Assembly: GCF_009914755.1 (NCBI RefSeq)
Contig: NC_060928.1
From: the human T2T-CHM13v2.0 reference genome, Homo sapiens
Reading direction: 5' to 3' (one strand)
DNA: 64,000 nt
Shown: positions 34,631 to 47,236 of the stretch, one piece after another
How positions within the stretch are numbered: the first letter of the stretch is position 1
Layout of the letters: each line of letters begins with the position of its first letter
The notes under the pieces: generated by a model
What the model saw: the letters and a program-made list of their open reading frames with translations, nothing else
What the model was told of the DNA's origin: nothing
The model's database searches: none
Position numbers and translations under genes: made by a program

Positions 34631-35099
34631 TAACTTTAACAGTCACAAAAATATTTACAATGAATGCAAGAATGGTCAAAACATATTGAATGCATCATAT
34701 GAACCCTCAAGTCCTGGTTCCCTTCCTGGTCATTTTCTCACACTGTGTTGACCAACTACACTTCTCATGTCTCTGTGCTGCCTCTAGTGCTCCCTCATTC
34801 CTCTCTGGTGCTTAGCCCTCCTTGTTTTGGTGTCCAGAGTTTTCTCTGAAGAAATATCCTAGGGAAGTTCTCCCCAGCGTCATACAAATAAACTTGAGTT
34901 CTCAAATCCGACTCGCCTCCAATGCAAAGTTGACGTGCCTATGCCTTATTGCCCTGGAATTGCATACTCATGCTCCATGTTTTCCACATAGGGAATCAGG
35001 AAGTATAGTAAGTTCATCTTTGAAAGCTGTTAATAAAAGAAGTAGAGTCCCCTCCTCTTGTATTTCTCATGTGAATTTAGAGACAATGTACCCTGCTTT

Positions 35100-35595
35100 T
35101 GTTGTCTGCTTAAAACTGTGAAGTGATGGTTTCCATCCTACATCTCTTTTCTCAGGTCCAAACCTCTGTATTCAGCTATATGCACACTTGTATATCAGAT
35201 ATACATAAAACTGAATGCATAGTTTTTCATACTTATCCAAAACCTCCTCTTTCTGTCCCACATTTTGACAAACGGCAGATCTACTGTCTGATGGTTCAGG
35301 TAAGGCACACAGGAGATATCCTAAAGCCATTTCCTCCTCACCTCTCCATTTTTAGTGATGTTTCCTTTGCCATCTGTCTCCTTTTCTCCATCCCTCTGTT
35401 GTAGTTTAGGGCTTCATTTTTACTCAACTGGATTATATATACAGTACAAAAATTTAAAAAATTACAAATGGCCTCCCTACTGATCTATAATGTCATCTAC
35501 TCAAATATGCTTTCTACCCAAGGTGAACACTATAGCATATTCTTCTGTCAATGCCATTCTCCTGTTCAAAAATTACAGTGTCTTCTCATTGTCCT
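35100..35595 (+). mobile_element. L2 fragment
   Basis: CCATCTGTCTCCTTTTCTCCATCCC...CAACTGGATTAT...CTCCTGTTCAAAA. Confidence 0.55.
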
Positions 35596-36659
35596 TATCA
35601 GTGGTCCCCAAACACATACCTCAGAGGGACAGAAAGATGAGCAAGTAAAGTGTATGAAAAAAACATATTAGCACTTCCATTTATATTCGTTTTGAATGTA
35701 ACACAAGGACACAATGCTTTATATAATAAAAGGATAGTATCAAGAAAAACTTCATTTTACATTAAAATGTGTTTGAAGCATACAATACATTTTTAAGTAT
35801 TTTCACCAAAACCATTGTCTATCACTTGAAATACTAAATTCTAATATTGAAAAAATTTTCATAGTCTTAAGATGTTATTCGTGTTAAACAATAGTGTAGT
35901 AGTCTTTTCTTGCTGGACATTTCATATGAGTGTTTTATACAATGATTTACTGCCATCAAGTTTGTGTCCTATTTGTTCATACATCTTTAATATGTGTTTA
36001 TATATATGTGGGTATGCATATCATGCTAATATAATGTGGTGGGAAAGAACTAATGCATTGAGCTGAGTTTATTTCAGATGCTTGCTCTGCAGTTATGACA
36101 TTTGGGTTATACAGTTTGCTCAAATTATGGCTAACCTGTTAAAAAGCTCCATGACATTGCGGTACTGGGGAATGATGGGCAGTTTCTTAAAGCTTAAAGA
36201 TTAATATGATCAATAGTAGCAATACATTATTGAATTCATGTTTTACAAATCTTTGTGTCTTTTTAATTGCCTGTGTTCAAAATAGATAAAGTGCATTCAG
36301 TTATTTTTTATGCCCTCAGGATAAAGGCACCTGGGAGTTTTACTCAGAGCAGATATTTTGGTGGTATTTATTGGTCTGGAAGATTTCTCATGGAATTTTC
36401 TGTAAACTCTGTTGCTCCAATGTCTGGATAGTATGTTTATAGTTCTTGGGCTTTCTTCCTTTCTTCAGCCTTTAGGGTAACTGTGTTTTAGGTTTCATTA
36501 ATCTATTGTAACATTTTCTGTTCTAAGTGAATGATTATTTGAAGGCAAAATGCCATCAGAAATTAAAATAAACACATAACTGTAAGCATGTCCACAGATC
36601 CACCTTCTATATTGCACTGAGTTAATAATTTGTGCAATTCAATATTCATTATTCTAAGC

Positions 36660-36962
36660 TTTTTGAGATGAGGGAATGGGTCTGACTCAGTTGCTTAGGC
36701 TGAAATGCACAGGCAATGATCATAGATCATAGCTTACTGCAATCTCCTGGGCTTAAAGAATCCTTCCACTTCAACCTCCTGAGTAGCTGGGACTATAGGC
36801 ATGCATGCCACCATGCCGAGCTAATTTTTAACTTTTTTTTTTTTTTTTTTTTGGTAGAGACGAGGTCTCTTTCTATGGCTCAGGCACTAATAGCCTCAAG
36901 CAATCCTCTTGCCTTGGCCACCCAAAGTGCTGGAATTATAGGTAGTAACCATCATACCTAGC
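36660..36962 (-). mobile_element. AluJ (diverged)
   Basis: Reverse Alu; TSD TATTCTAA at 36650-36657 and 36963-36970. Confidence 0.9.
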
Positions 36963-38274
36963 TATTCTAACTTACTATTTTTAAAAAATTAAAATATGTA
37001 TTTTCATCTGTTGAAGTAACAAACATCCACACACTTTTATTTCCTAGTCTCTTTAGTCAGACCCACAAAATGTAATATTTTAATAAAAGACATTAAGAGT
37101 GAATTCTAGGGCGATGCCAGTTAATTAATAATACTTAATCTTTTACCTTTATTTAAAAATAATTCTCTAGGAGTTTGTGTACTATACAGAATAAATGACA
37201 GACAGTCAAAACTTTCGGTGAGACTGATTGACTACAATAGGTATTATCCATTTAATTATCCATAACATATCGGTTGTGCATTTACTATTTCCAGTAATCT
37301 AATTTCTGGCTAAGCAATCTCTCTAACATTATGACAAGAAAATATTTAAGATGAAGTAAAAGTAACACTGAAAAATACAAAAATAAGCTATCGTCTATTG
37401 CTGCCGGATACAATATGATGAAATACTGATTTTAAAAGAAATATTCTGGAATCATGACAGGAAATGTATTTTATATATCTTAAACTCAAGTCTGTAAAAG
37501 CTAGAATGGGTACACAGAATTGGTATGGTAAGTGGGTCCTGCAGCTGTGTTGGCTCCACAAATGCTTTGCATGTGTTGTTCTTGAAGAGCAAATAAAAGA
37601 GAAACCCCCTCATTTTTCAAGGGTATGGGAATATGTTTCTTTTTTTCATTTTAATAATGGTACCAGATAGGATTCCCATTCTATTTTCTTAAAATATTTG
37701 AAACAGTAAGTAGACACTTCAACTTGAAGACACAGCTGTTCAGACGATTAGGCACAAAAGAAGCCCAACAATATTCTCAAAGTGAAATTGCAATTGTAAT
37801 TATGTGAATGTTAGCTACTGGAATTATAAACATGGGGCCCCAGGAGGAAAACTGGGAAGCTGCCAACTTCATTTTCTGAAACTATTCACATATATCACAA
37901 AGAAACGTACACTTTTCACCCTGCTCTGCTTATTGGCATGCAAACCATCTCCTTGCTCTCTGTTTGAAGAGCTGTTCTTGCTTCTCTTGCTTCTTCTAGT
38001 CAAAGGTGGAAGTCAGGTGGCTGGAAGTTGCTTAAATGATTTCCTCTCATCTGCCCATAATGAACAGCTGCAGTAAATTGCCCAACATCATTTTGAATAT
38101 GCATAAACCAATGAGCAGCTCAGATTTTTTAATGTAACTTTATATTCTTGGCTATTCCGGTGTTTGCATTGTTCATTTTTAAGTCATTTAAAAATTGATA
38201 CAAATCAAATTATTGTTGCAGTTTTATACTAAAAAAAAGACTATTATTATTACAGGACCATTGAGATATGTTTT

Positions 38275-40616
38275 TAAAAAATTATTATTATACTTTAAGT
38301 TCTGGGATACATGTGCAGAACATGCAGGTTTTTTACATAGGTATACACGTGCCATGGTGGTTTGATGCACCCATCACCCCATCATCTACACTAGGTATTT
38401 CTCCTAATGCTATCCCTCCCCTAGTGCCCCAGCCCCCGACAGACCCCTGTGTGTGATGTTCCCCTCCTTGTGTCCGTGGGTTCTCATTGTTCAACTCCCA
38501 CTTATGAGTGAGAACATGCAGTGTTTGGTTTTCTGTTCCTGTGTTAGTTTGCTAAGAATGATGGTTTCCAGCTTGATCCATGTCACTGCAAAGGACATGA
38601 ACTCATCCTTTTTTATGGCTGCATAGTATTCCATGGTGTATATGTACCACGTTTTCTTTATCCGGTCTATCACTGATGGACATTTGGGATGGTTCCAAGT
38701 CTTTGCTATTGTGAACAGTGCTGCAATAAACATACATGTGCATGTGTCTTTATAGTAGAATGATTTATAATCCTTTGGGTGTATACCCAATAATGGAGTT
38801 GCTGGGTCAAATGGTACTTCTGGCTCTAGATCCTTGAGGAATCACCACACTGTCTTCCATAATGGTTGAACTAATGTACACTCCCACCAACAGTGTAAAA
38901 CTGTTCCTATTACTCCACATCCTTTCCAGCATCAGTTGTTTCCTGACTTTTTAATGATCACCATTCTAACTAGTGTGAGATGGTATCTCATTGTGGTTTT
39001 GACTTGCATTTCTCTAGTGACCTGTGATGATGAGCTTTTTTTCATATGTTTGTTGGCCACATAAATGTCTTCTTTTGAGAGGTGTCTGTTCATATCCTTT
39101 GCATACTTTTTGATAAGTTATTTGTTTTTTTTTTCTTGTAAATTTGTTTAAGTTCCTTGTAGATTCTGGATATTAGCCCATTGCCAGATGGATAGATGCA
39201 ACAATTTACTCCCATTCTATAGGTTGCCTGTTCACGCTGATGATAGTTTCTTTTGCTGTGCAGAAGTTCTTTAGTTTAATTAGATCCCATTTGTCAGTTT
39301 TGGCTTTTGTTGCAATTGCTTTTGGTGTTTTAGTCATGAAGTCTTTGCCCATGCCTATGTACTGAATGGTATTGCCTAGGTTTTCTTCTAGGGTTTTTAT
39401 GGTTTTAGGTCTTATGTTTAAGTCTTCAATCCATCTTAAGTTGATTTTTGTATAAGGTGTAAGGAAGGGGTCCAGTTTCAGTTTTCTGCATATCGCTAGC
39501 CAGTTTTCTCAACACCATTTGTTAAATAGGGAATCCTTTCCCCATTGCTTTTTTTTGTCAGGTTTGTCAAAGATCAGATGGTTGTAGATGTGTGGAATTA
39601 TTTCTGAGGCCTCTTTTCTGTTCTATTGGTCTATATCTCTGTTTTGGTACCAGTACCATGCTGTTTTGGTTACTGTAACCTTGTAATATAGTTTGAAATC
39701 AGGTAGCATGATGCCTCCAGCTTTGTCCTTTTTGCTTAGGATTGTCTTTGCTAGATGGGCTCTTTTTTGGGTTCCATATAAAATTTATAGTAGTTTTTTC
39801 TAATTCTGTGAAAAAAGTCGATGGTAGCTTGATGGGGATATCATTGAATCTATAAATTACATTGGGCAGGATGGCCATTTTCATGATATTGATTCTTCCT
39901 ATCCATGAGCATAGAACGTTTTCCATTGGTTTGTGTCCTCTCAAATAATTTCCTTGAGCTCTGGTTTGTACTTCTCCTTGAAGAGGTCCTTCACATCCTT
40001 TGTAAGATGTATGCCTAGGTATTTTATTCTCTTTGTAGCAATTGTGAATGGGAGTTCACTCATGATTTGGCTCTCTGATTGTCTATTATTGGTGTGTAGC
40101 AATGCTTGTGATTTTTGCACATTGATTTTGTATCCTGAGACTTTGCTGAAGTTGCTTATCAGCTTAAGGAGATTTTGGGCTGAGACGATGGGGTTTTCTA
40201 GGTATACAATCATGTCATCTTCAAACAGGGACAATTTGACTTCTTCTCTTCCTATTTGAATATGCTTTATTTCTTTATCTTGCCTGATTGCCCTGGCCAG
40301 AACTCCCAATACTATGTTGAATAGGGGTGGTGAGAGAGGACATCCTTGTCTTGTGCTGTTTTTCAAAGGGAATGCTTCCAGCTTTTACCAATTCACTGTG
40401 ATATTGGCTGTGGGTTTGCCATAAATAGCTCTTATTATTTTGAGGTACATTCCATCAATGCCTAGTTTATTGAGAGTTTTTAGCATGAAGCAGTGTTGAA
40501 TTTTTTCGAAGGTCTTTTCTGCATCTATTGAGATAATCATCTGGTTTTTGTCATTGGTTTTGTTTATGTTATGGATTACATTTATTGATTTGTGTATGTT
40601 TTACCAGCCTTGCATC
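38275..40616 (-). mobile_element. L1PA7-like 3' 2.3 kb (ORF2 C-terminal part, 3'UTR, tail)
   Basis: ORF2 peptides [33 protein letters not shown]; 3'UTR TAAGTTCTGGGATACATGTGCAG. Confidence 0.95.
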
Positions 40617-40639
40617 ATTGATACAAAAGCTTAAACCAG

Positions 40640-40860
40640 GAAAAGTGTTCTGGGGGTGAGCAGTGAATTAGAATGCTGAAGAACTTGTCCTTTCTCATCA
40701 CTGTTTCACTTGTGAACTTTAGTAAGTGGTTTCCTCTCTATTTCATCCTCTCTCAGATAGTAAGAATAGTGCTTATCATAACCATATCAATAGGGAAGTG
40801 TGAAAGACCTTGAAACTGTAGCATACTATCCACTTATAATTAGTGACAAGTGTGTTGAAA
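40640..40860 (+). mobile_element. MIR-like fragment
   Basis: CTTGTGAACTTTAGTAAGTGGTTTCCTCTCTATTTCATCCTCT. Confidence 0.4.
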
Positions 40861-41199
40861 AGAAAGTACTGAATCTTAAAGACATAGACAAGATGGAAGC
40901 TGAATTCAAAAGATTGCCAGTTGGTCAGGGCCCCTTCTACTGCTGCATTTCATAATAGTAGCAGCTGTCTATTGACATTTATATTTTCCACAGTAAAAAT
41001 GAAAGACAAGACTCTAATCATAGAAATAGTGTTTTTCTCTACACAGAATAAAAGACCATGCCAAAAGTTAAAGATATACAGACTTTATGAAATATTTAAT
41101 TTCAAATTTTGGCTTTAGTTCTGAATCAAACTAAGTATGGAACTTCATATACCAAAGGGACTTTTTCCCCTAATAACAACTGCCTAACTACCATATGCT

Positions 41200-42660
41200 A
41201 TATTAATACTGGGCAGTTAAAAATATAAAATCGAAAGCAAAACTATAATATCCTATAAGAGTATACTTATGACTTCCAGAAAAGATGAAATTATTCAACA
41301 AAATACAAAAGTGCAAACTGCAGAGGTAAAGTTTAAAATGCATTAAGATGACTATCAGAAATTCTGATTTCTAACCATCAAAATCAATGAAAAAAAAACA
41401 AAAGAACTACACACTGAGAGATGATATTTTGTAATACACATAAGCAGCAAAGGATTAATCAATATCCAAAAATAAATAAAAAGAATCTTATAATTTGCAA
41501 GAGAAAGAATAACTCACTTGAAATAATAGGGAAAAATCTTAATAGGTACTTCACAGAAAGAAAATCTGAACAGCCAATAAAAGATGCTCAATCTAATAAA
41601 TAATCAAGTAAATAAAAATGAAAACCACATTGAGAGATCATGTATAACTCACTATAGTGGGAAAAAAACAGTTTGTTAATATCTTGTGTTGTTGAGGATG
41701 AGGGTTAACCAGATCACTTATACAAGACTTCTCATGGATACAAAATAATATAACTACTCTGAAAAATAAATTGGCATAATCTATACACTCTTTTGTGTTT
41801 CTTTTTATTTTCTATAAATTAAGAAAAATATTTACTTTGTATTTCTGCATGAATTTATTTCAAGGTAACCAAATAAGTGATAAGGAAAAGTTTTTCTGTA
41901 TAGAAGAATTCAAGCTAACAAATTCAGGATAAATGATAGAATTATAGAGTCACTATTATTCAACCCTTAGTAAAAATATTTAGGTAACTTTCAATAATAG
42001 ATGCTAATAACATTGGGTGAAATTTTATGGGAAATCTTGTAATGAAGTAATTAGACTGACACTATCTGAACCTACTGGTTGAGCTCAGGAGATCTAAAAT
42101 TGGGGCAATAGGCAGTATAGAGCATCACATATTAAAATTTCTTACTCAGAAAAAAATTATACTACATTTAATCAAATCAGTTTACAGGGAATAGAGGAAT
42201 ATGGATAGTAGAACAGACAGCATGATTTTACTGGAGCAGTAAAATCCAGAATGTGAGACATTTTAGGATAATGTTTTTAAGGACCTGGTTTCTCCAACAA
42301 ATCAATAGCATAGAAGATAAAAAGAATGGCGGGGACTGTTGTAAAGGAAAAAAGATGCAAGAGGTCAAGATACAGTGTGAGAAAACATAATGTCACTTGA
42401 AATTTGGTCAAACCAACTATAAGAAATAGACAGTCAATGAAATGTTAATAAAGGTGAAAATAAAATGTGAAGTAGGTATCAGATGACATTAAGGAAAGTA
42501 TTTTGTTAGGCATAATAATGTCAGGATGTTTTCTTTAAAAATGTTACAAGACAAAGATCTATGCTGAAGTGTTTGCAGATGAAATGAGATATCTTACATT
42601 TGCTTTAACAAAACAAAACTGTTAATATAATTAAGTGTTTTAATAAATTATTAGTTATAA
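41200..42660 (+). mobile_element. Old L1M fragments (L1ME ORF2 end ~41200-41790; L1MC-like 3' end ~41860-42660)
   Basis: AAATCTTAATAGGTACTTCACAGAAAG...AAAGATGCTCAA; AATCCAGAATGTGAGACATTT...CCTGGTTTCTCCAACAAATCAAT. Confidence 0.6.
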
Positions 42661-43090
42661 GGGTGGCGATGGAAAACAAGAGGTCTAGGATAACATCTGG
42701 ATTTTGCCTTTGGTTTCAAGGGTGGTGCCATTTGCCAAGACAGGTGACACAGAAGCAACAGGAGGCTTCAGAAATTAAAATGACTTTAATTTTGAACATG
42801 AGTTTTAAGAGTCACAAAGGGCTCGATTGAGTTTGGAAACTATAAATTATTGTAGCAGCCATCCACAGTTTTGTGAAATTTCCTAAAAGTTCCTTCAGCA
42901 GTACCCAGGGATGTAGCTACAAGTGCAGTGAAAAAAATGTCTGGATCAATCTACCTTGGAATGTTAGTAGGTCAGATACAACAAAAGACCAAAAAGACAT
43001 GGGAAATGGGGATTGTTGCAAGAGAGAACTTAAATGATATGTTATCCTAGGTTGGATAGGAAAGTGCTAACTCCGTTAAAGTGATGATGG
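42660..43090 (-). mobile_element. L2 fragment (continues at 44483-44960)
   Basis: GGTGGTGCCATTTGCCAAGACAGG...TTTTGAACATGAG. Confidence 0.5.
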
Positions 43091-43091
43091 G

Positions 43092-43393
43092 AGCCGGGCA
43101 CGGTGGCTCACACCTGTAATCCCAGCACTTTGAGAGACTGAGGCAGGTGGATCACCTGAGGTCAGGAGTTTGAAACCAGCCTGACCAATATGGCAAAATC
43201 CCGTCTCTACTGAAAATACAAAAATTAATCGGATGTGGTTGCGTGCTCCTGTTGTCCCAGCTACTCAGGAGGCTGCAACAAGAGAATTGCTTGAACCCAG
43301 GAGTCGGAGGTTGCAGTGAGCCCAGATTGCTCCATTGCACTCTAGCCTGGGTGACAGAGCACAACTCCATCTCAAAAAAAAAAAAAAAAAAAA
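43092..43393 (+). mobile_element. Alu (AluSx/Sq-like); A tail interrupted by an LTR
   Basis: TSD AAAGTGATGATGGG (43078-43091) / AAAGTGTTGATGGG (44469-44482) encloses Alu plus LTR. Confidence 0.95.
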
Positions 43394-44462
43394 TGTTGCG
43401 GGAAGTCAGGAACCCTGAACGGAGGGACCGGCTGAAGCCATGTCAGAAGAACATAAATTGTGAAGATTTCATAGACATTTATTAGTTTCCCAAATTAATA
43501 CTTTTATAATTTCTTACACCTGTCTTTACTGCAATCTCTGAACATAAATTGTGAAGATTTAATGGACAATTATCACTTCCCCAGTCAATACTCTTGTGAT
43601 TTCCTATGCCTATCTTTACGTTAATCTCTTAATCTCATCATCTTCATAAGCTGAGGATGAATGTCGCCTCAGGACCCTGTGATAATTGCATTAACTGCAC
43701 AAATTGTTTAAACGATATGAAATCTGGGCACCTTGAAAAAAGAACAGGACAACAGCAATGTTCAGGGAACAAGGGAGATAACCTTAAACTCTGGCTGCCT
43801 GTGGGCCAGGCAGAACAGAGCCATATTTCTCTTCTTTCAAAAGCAAATAGGAGAAATACTGCTGAATTCTTTTTCTCAGCAAGGAACATCCCTGAGAAAG
43901 AGAATGCGTCCCTAAGGGGAGGCCTCTGAAATGGCCGCTTTGGTGACAGCCGTCTTTTACAGTTGTGGATAAGGGATAAAATAAGCCCCAGTCTCCCATA
44001 GCGCTCTCAGGCTTATTAGGACGAGGAAATTCCCACTTAAAAAATTTTGGTCAGACTGGTTGTCTGCTCTCAAACCCTGTCTCCTGATAAGATGTTATCA
44101 ATGACAATGCGTGCCCGAAACTTCATTAGCAATTTTAATTTCGCCCTGGTCCTGTGGTCCTGTGATCTCGCCCTGCCTCCATTTGCCTTGTGATATTTTA
44201 TTACCTTGTGAAGCATGTGATCTCTGTGACCCACACCCTATTCGTACACTCCTTCCCCTTTTGAAAATCACTAATAAAAATTTGCTGGTTTTACGGCTCA
44301 GGGGGCATCACAGAACCAGCCGACGTGTGATGTCTCCCCTGGACACCCAGCTTTAAAATTTCTCTCTTTTGTACTCTGTCCCTTTATTTCTCAGGCCAGG
44401 TGACACTTAAAGAAAATGGAAAAGAACCTATGTGAAATATTGGGTGTGAATTTCCCCCGAAA
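43394..44462 (+). mobile_element. MER11C-like solo LTR (HERV-K11/HML-8)
   Basis: Starts TGTTGCGGGAAGTCAGG, internal 91-bp repeat GAACATAAATTGTGAAGATTT, AATAAA at ~44273, ends GAATTTCCCCCGA; ~1.07 kb. Confidence 0.9.
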
Positions 44463-45163
44463 AAAAAAAAAGTGTTGATGGGTTAGGAAGTCTTCAGATA
44501 ATATCAGTAAGGGTGGATAGAGGATAATAGGCATCTCAGGGGAGGTAAGTATTGTTATAATCATCAAATAATGATCTGAATACAGCAGTGGAGGGTTAAA
44601 GCAAAATGCTGCTACTTAATTTGGGGGTTCTATAGTTAAGTAAGAGGGAATAAAAAGTTTTAGCTTGCATGCTATTTAGAAGGGAGTAGAAGAACCCATC
44701 TGTGAATAGATTGGCAGTGTAGAGTAGATGCTAGGTGATAGATAAGGGTTCTAGAATAAAAGGCAATGGTCAGTAGCAAATAGAATGTAAGTGTGAAAGA
44801 ATGGGTGTCCTGGAATAGGACAGAGATGAGAGAAATGAGAGTAAGCTGGTCAGGGGCCAGCACTTTGGCTGATGACCAAAGACAAGTGGAGGAAAACATG
44901 TTAGATGAGCTGCTCTTGAGCCTTATGGGCAGACCAAGTCCCAAGTGCTGCAAAAGCCTCATGAGATTAGCAAATTTTAGGTGCTACTTATCATTGAAAA
45001 GGAATGTCACTGGGAATTTACTTATCTTGTCTCTGAAGAATCCTTTTTCTCAGGCTGTTAAAGGAAAAAAAAAAACAACACATCAATGCTTATTCCTTAT
45101 TTTATGATTTATTTTTATATTAATAATCAGTTGTATCAAATTCCTATTATATATACTTTGCCA

Positions 45164-46194
45164 TTTTTAAAATTTTTTTATTATTATTTCTTAATTATAA
45201 TTTAAGTTCTGGGATACATGTGCAAAATGTGCAGGTTTGTTACATACGTATACACGTGCCATGGTTGTTTGATGCACCCATCAACCCATCATCTACATTA
45301 GGTATTTCTCCTAATGCTATCCCTCCTTCCTAGTCCCCCACCCCCTGACAGGCACAGTGTTTGATGTTCCCCTCCCTGTGTCCATGTGTTCTCATTGTTC
45401 AACCCCCACTTATGAGTGAGAACATGTGGTGTTTGGTTTCCTGTTCCTGTGTTAGTTTGCAGAGAATGATGGTTTCCAGCTTCATCCATGTCCCTGCAAA
45501 GGACATGAACTCATCCTTTTTTATGGCTGCATAGTATTCCATGGTATATATGTGCCACATTTTCTTTATCCAGTCTATCATTGATGGACATTTGGGTTGG
45601 TTCCAAGTCTTTGCTATGGTGAACAGTGCTGCAATAGACATACGTGTGCATGTGTCCTTATAGTAGAATTATTTATAATCCTTTGGGCATATACCCAGTA
45701 ATGGGATTGCTGGGCCAAATAGTGGTTCTGGTTCTAGATCCTTGAGGAATCGCCACACTGTCTTCCACAATGGTTGAACTAAGGTACACTCCCACCAACA
45801 GTGTAAAACCTTTCCTATTTCTCCACATTCTCTCCAGCATCCGTTGTTTACTGACGTTTTAATGATTGTGATTCTATCTGTGGTGAGATGGTATCTCACT
45901 GTGGTTTTGATTTGCATTTCTCTAATGACCTGTAATTATGAGTTTTTTTTCATATGTTTGTTGGCCGCATAATGTCTTCTTTTGAGAAGTGTCTGTTCAT
46001 ACCCTTTGCCCACTTTTTGATAAGTCGTTTGTTTTGTTCTCATAAATTTGTTTAAGTTCCTTGTAGATTCTGGATATTAGCCCTTTGTCAGATGAATAGA
46101 TTGCAAAATTTTTCTCCCATCTGTAGGTTGCCTGTTCATGCTGATGACAGTTTCTTTTGCTGTGCAGAAGCTCTTTAGTTTAGTTAGATTCCCA
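45164..46194 (-). mobile_element. L1PA7-like 3' 1.0 kb (second 3' end)
   Basis: Tail, 3'UTR and ORF2 C-terminal peptides (KTWNQPKCPSMIDWIKKMWHIYTMEYY). Confidence 0.95.
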
Positions 46195-46278
46195 CCAGCA
46201 GGGCCCTGGGTTTCAAGCACAAAACTGGGCGGCTGTTTGGGCAGACACCAAGCTAGCTGGAGGAGTTTTTTTATACCC
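46193..46278 (+). repeat. Inverted copy of L1 5'UTR segment 46817-46904
   Basis: CAGGGCCCTGGGTTTCAAGCACAAAAC...CTAGCTGGAGGAGTTTTTTTATACCC is the diverged reverse complement of 46817-46904. Confidence 0.9.
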
Positions 46279-47236
46279 ACTTGAAGAGGCAGTCTTAGCA
46301 GAGCTCGAGCACTATGCTGGGAGATCCATTGCTCTCTTCAGATCCAGCAGGCAGGAACGTTTGAGTCTGCTGAAGCTGCACCCATGGATGCCCCTTCTCC
46401 CAGATGCTCTCTCTCAGGGAGAGAGGATCTTTATCTATAAGCCCATGACTGGGGTTGCTGCCTTTCTTTCAGAGATGCCCTGCCCAGAGAGGAGGAATCT
46501 AGAGAGGCAGTGGCTTTACCAAGCTGCAGTGGGTTCCACCCAGTTCGAACTTCCTGGCAGCTTTGTTTACACTGTGAGTGGAAAACTGCCTACTCAAGCC
46601 TCAGTAATGGTGGATGCCCCTCTCCCCACCAAGCTCAAGCATCCCAGGTTGACTTTAGACTGCTGTGCTGGCAGCAAGAGTTTCAAGCCAGTGGATCTTA
46701 GCTTGCTGGGCTCCCTGGGGGTGGGATCGGCTGAACTAGACCACTTGGTTACCTGGTTCAGCCCCCTTTCCAGGGGAGTGAATGGTTCTGCCTGGCTGGT
46801 GTTCTAGGCACCACTGGGGTATGAAAAAAAACTCCTGCAGCTAGCTCTGTGTCTGCCCAAATGGCCACCTGGTTTTGTGCTTGAAACCCAGGGCCCTGGT
46901 GGTGTAGGCACCCAAGGGAATCTCTGTTCTGTGGATTGCGAAGACCTTGGGAAAAGCGTAGTTTCTGGGCCAGAATGCACCATTCCTCATGGCATGGTCC
47001 CTCGCAGCTTCCTTTGGCTAGGGGAGGGAGTTCTCTGACCCCTTGCACTTCCCGGGTGAGGCAACGCCTCATCCTGCTTCAGCTCACCCTCTGTGGGCTG
47101 CACACACTGTCTAATCAGTCTCAATGAGATGAGCTGGGTACCTCAGTTAGAAATGCAGAAATCACCTACCTTCTGCATTTGTCTTGCTGGGAACTGCAGA
47201 CCGGAGCTGTTTCTATTTGGCCATCTTGCCAGCCAC
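46275..47236 (-). mobile_element. L1PA7-like 5'UTR with intact 5' end
   Basis: Ends ...GGCCATCTTGCCAGCCAC (YY1-site region AAGATGGCC on the minus strand), immediately followed by TSD TGAGATATGTTTT. Confidence 0.9.

Noticed and set aside
40616-40626. CATTGA / TTGATACAA as an individual TSD or inverted terminus for the left L1 piece (cf. 38259 and 45131)
   Set aside because: Only 6-9 bp in AT-rich DNA with no endonuclease-site geometry; the 13-bp TSD at 47237 is much stronger.
43449-43620. 91-bp spaced direct repeat resembling a repeat-spacer array
   Set aside because: A built-in feature of MER11 LTRs; not CRISPR-like, and the context is eukaryotic.
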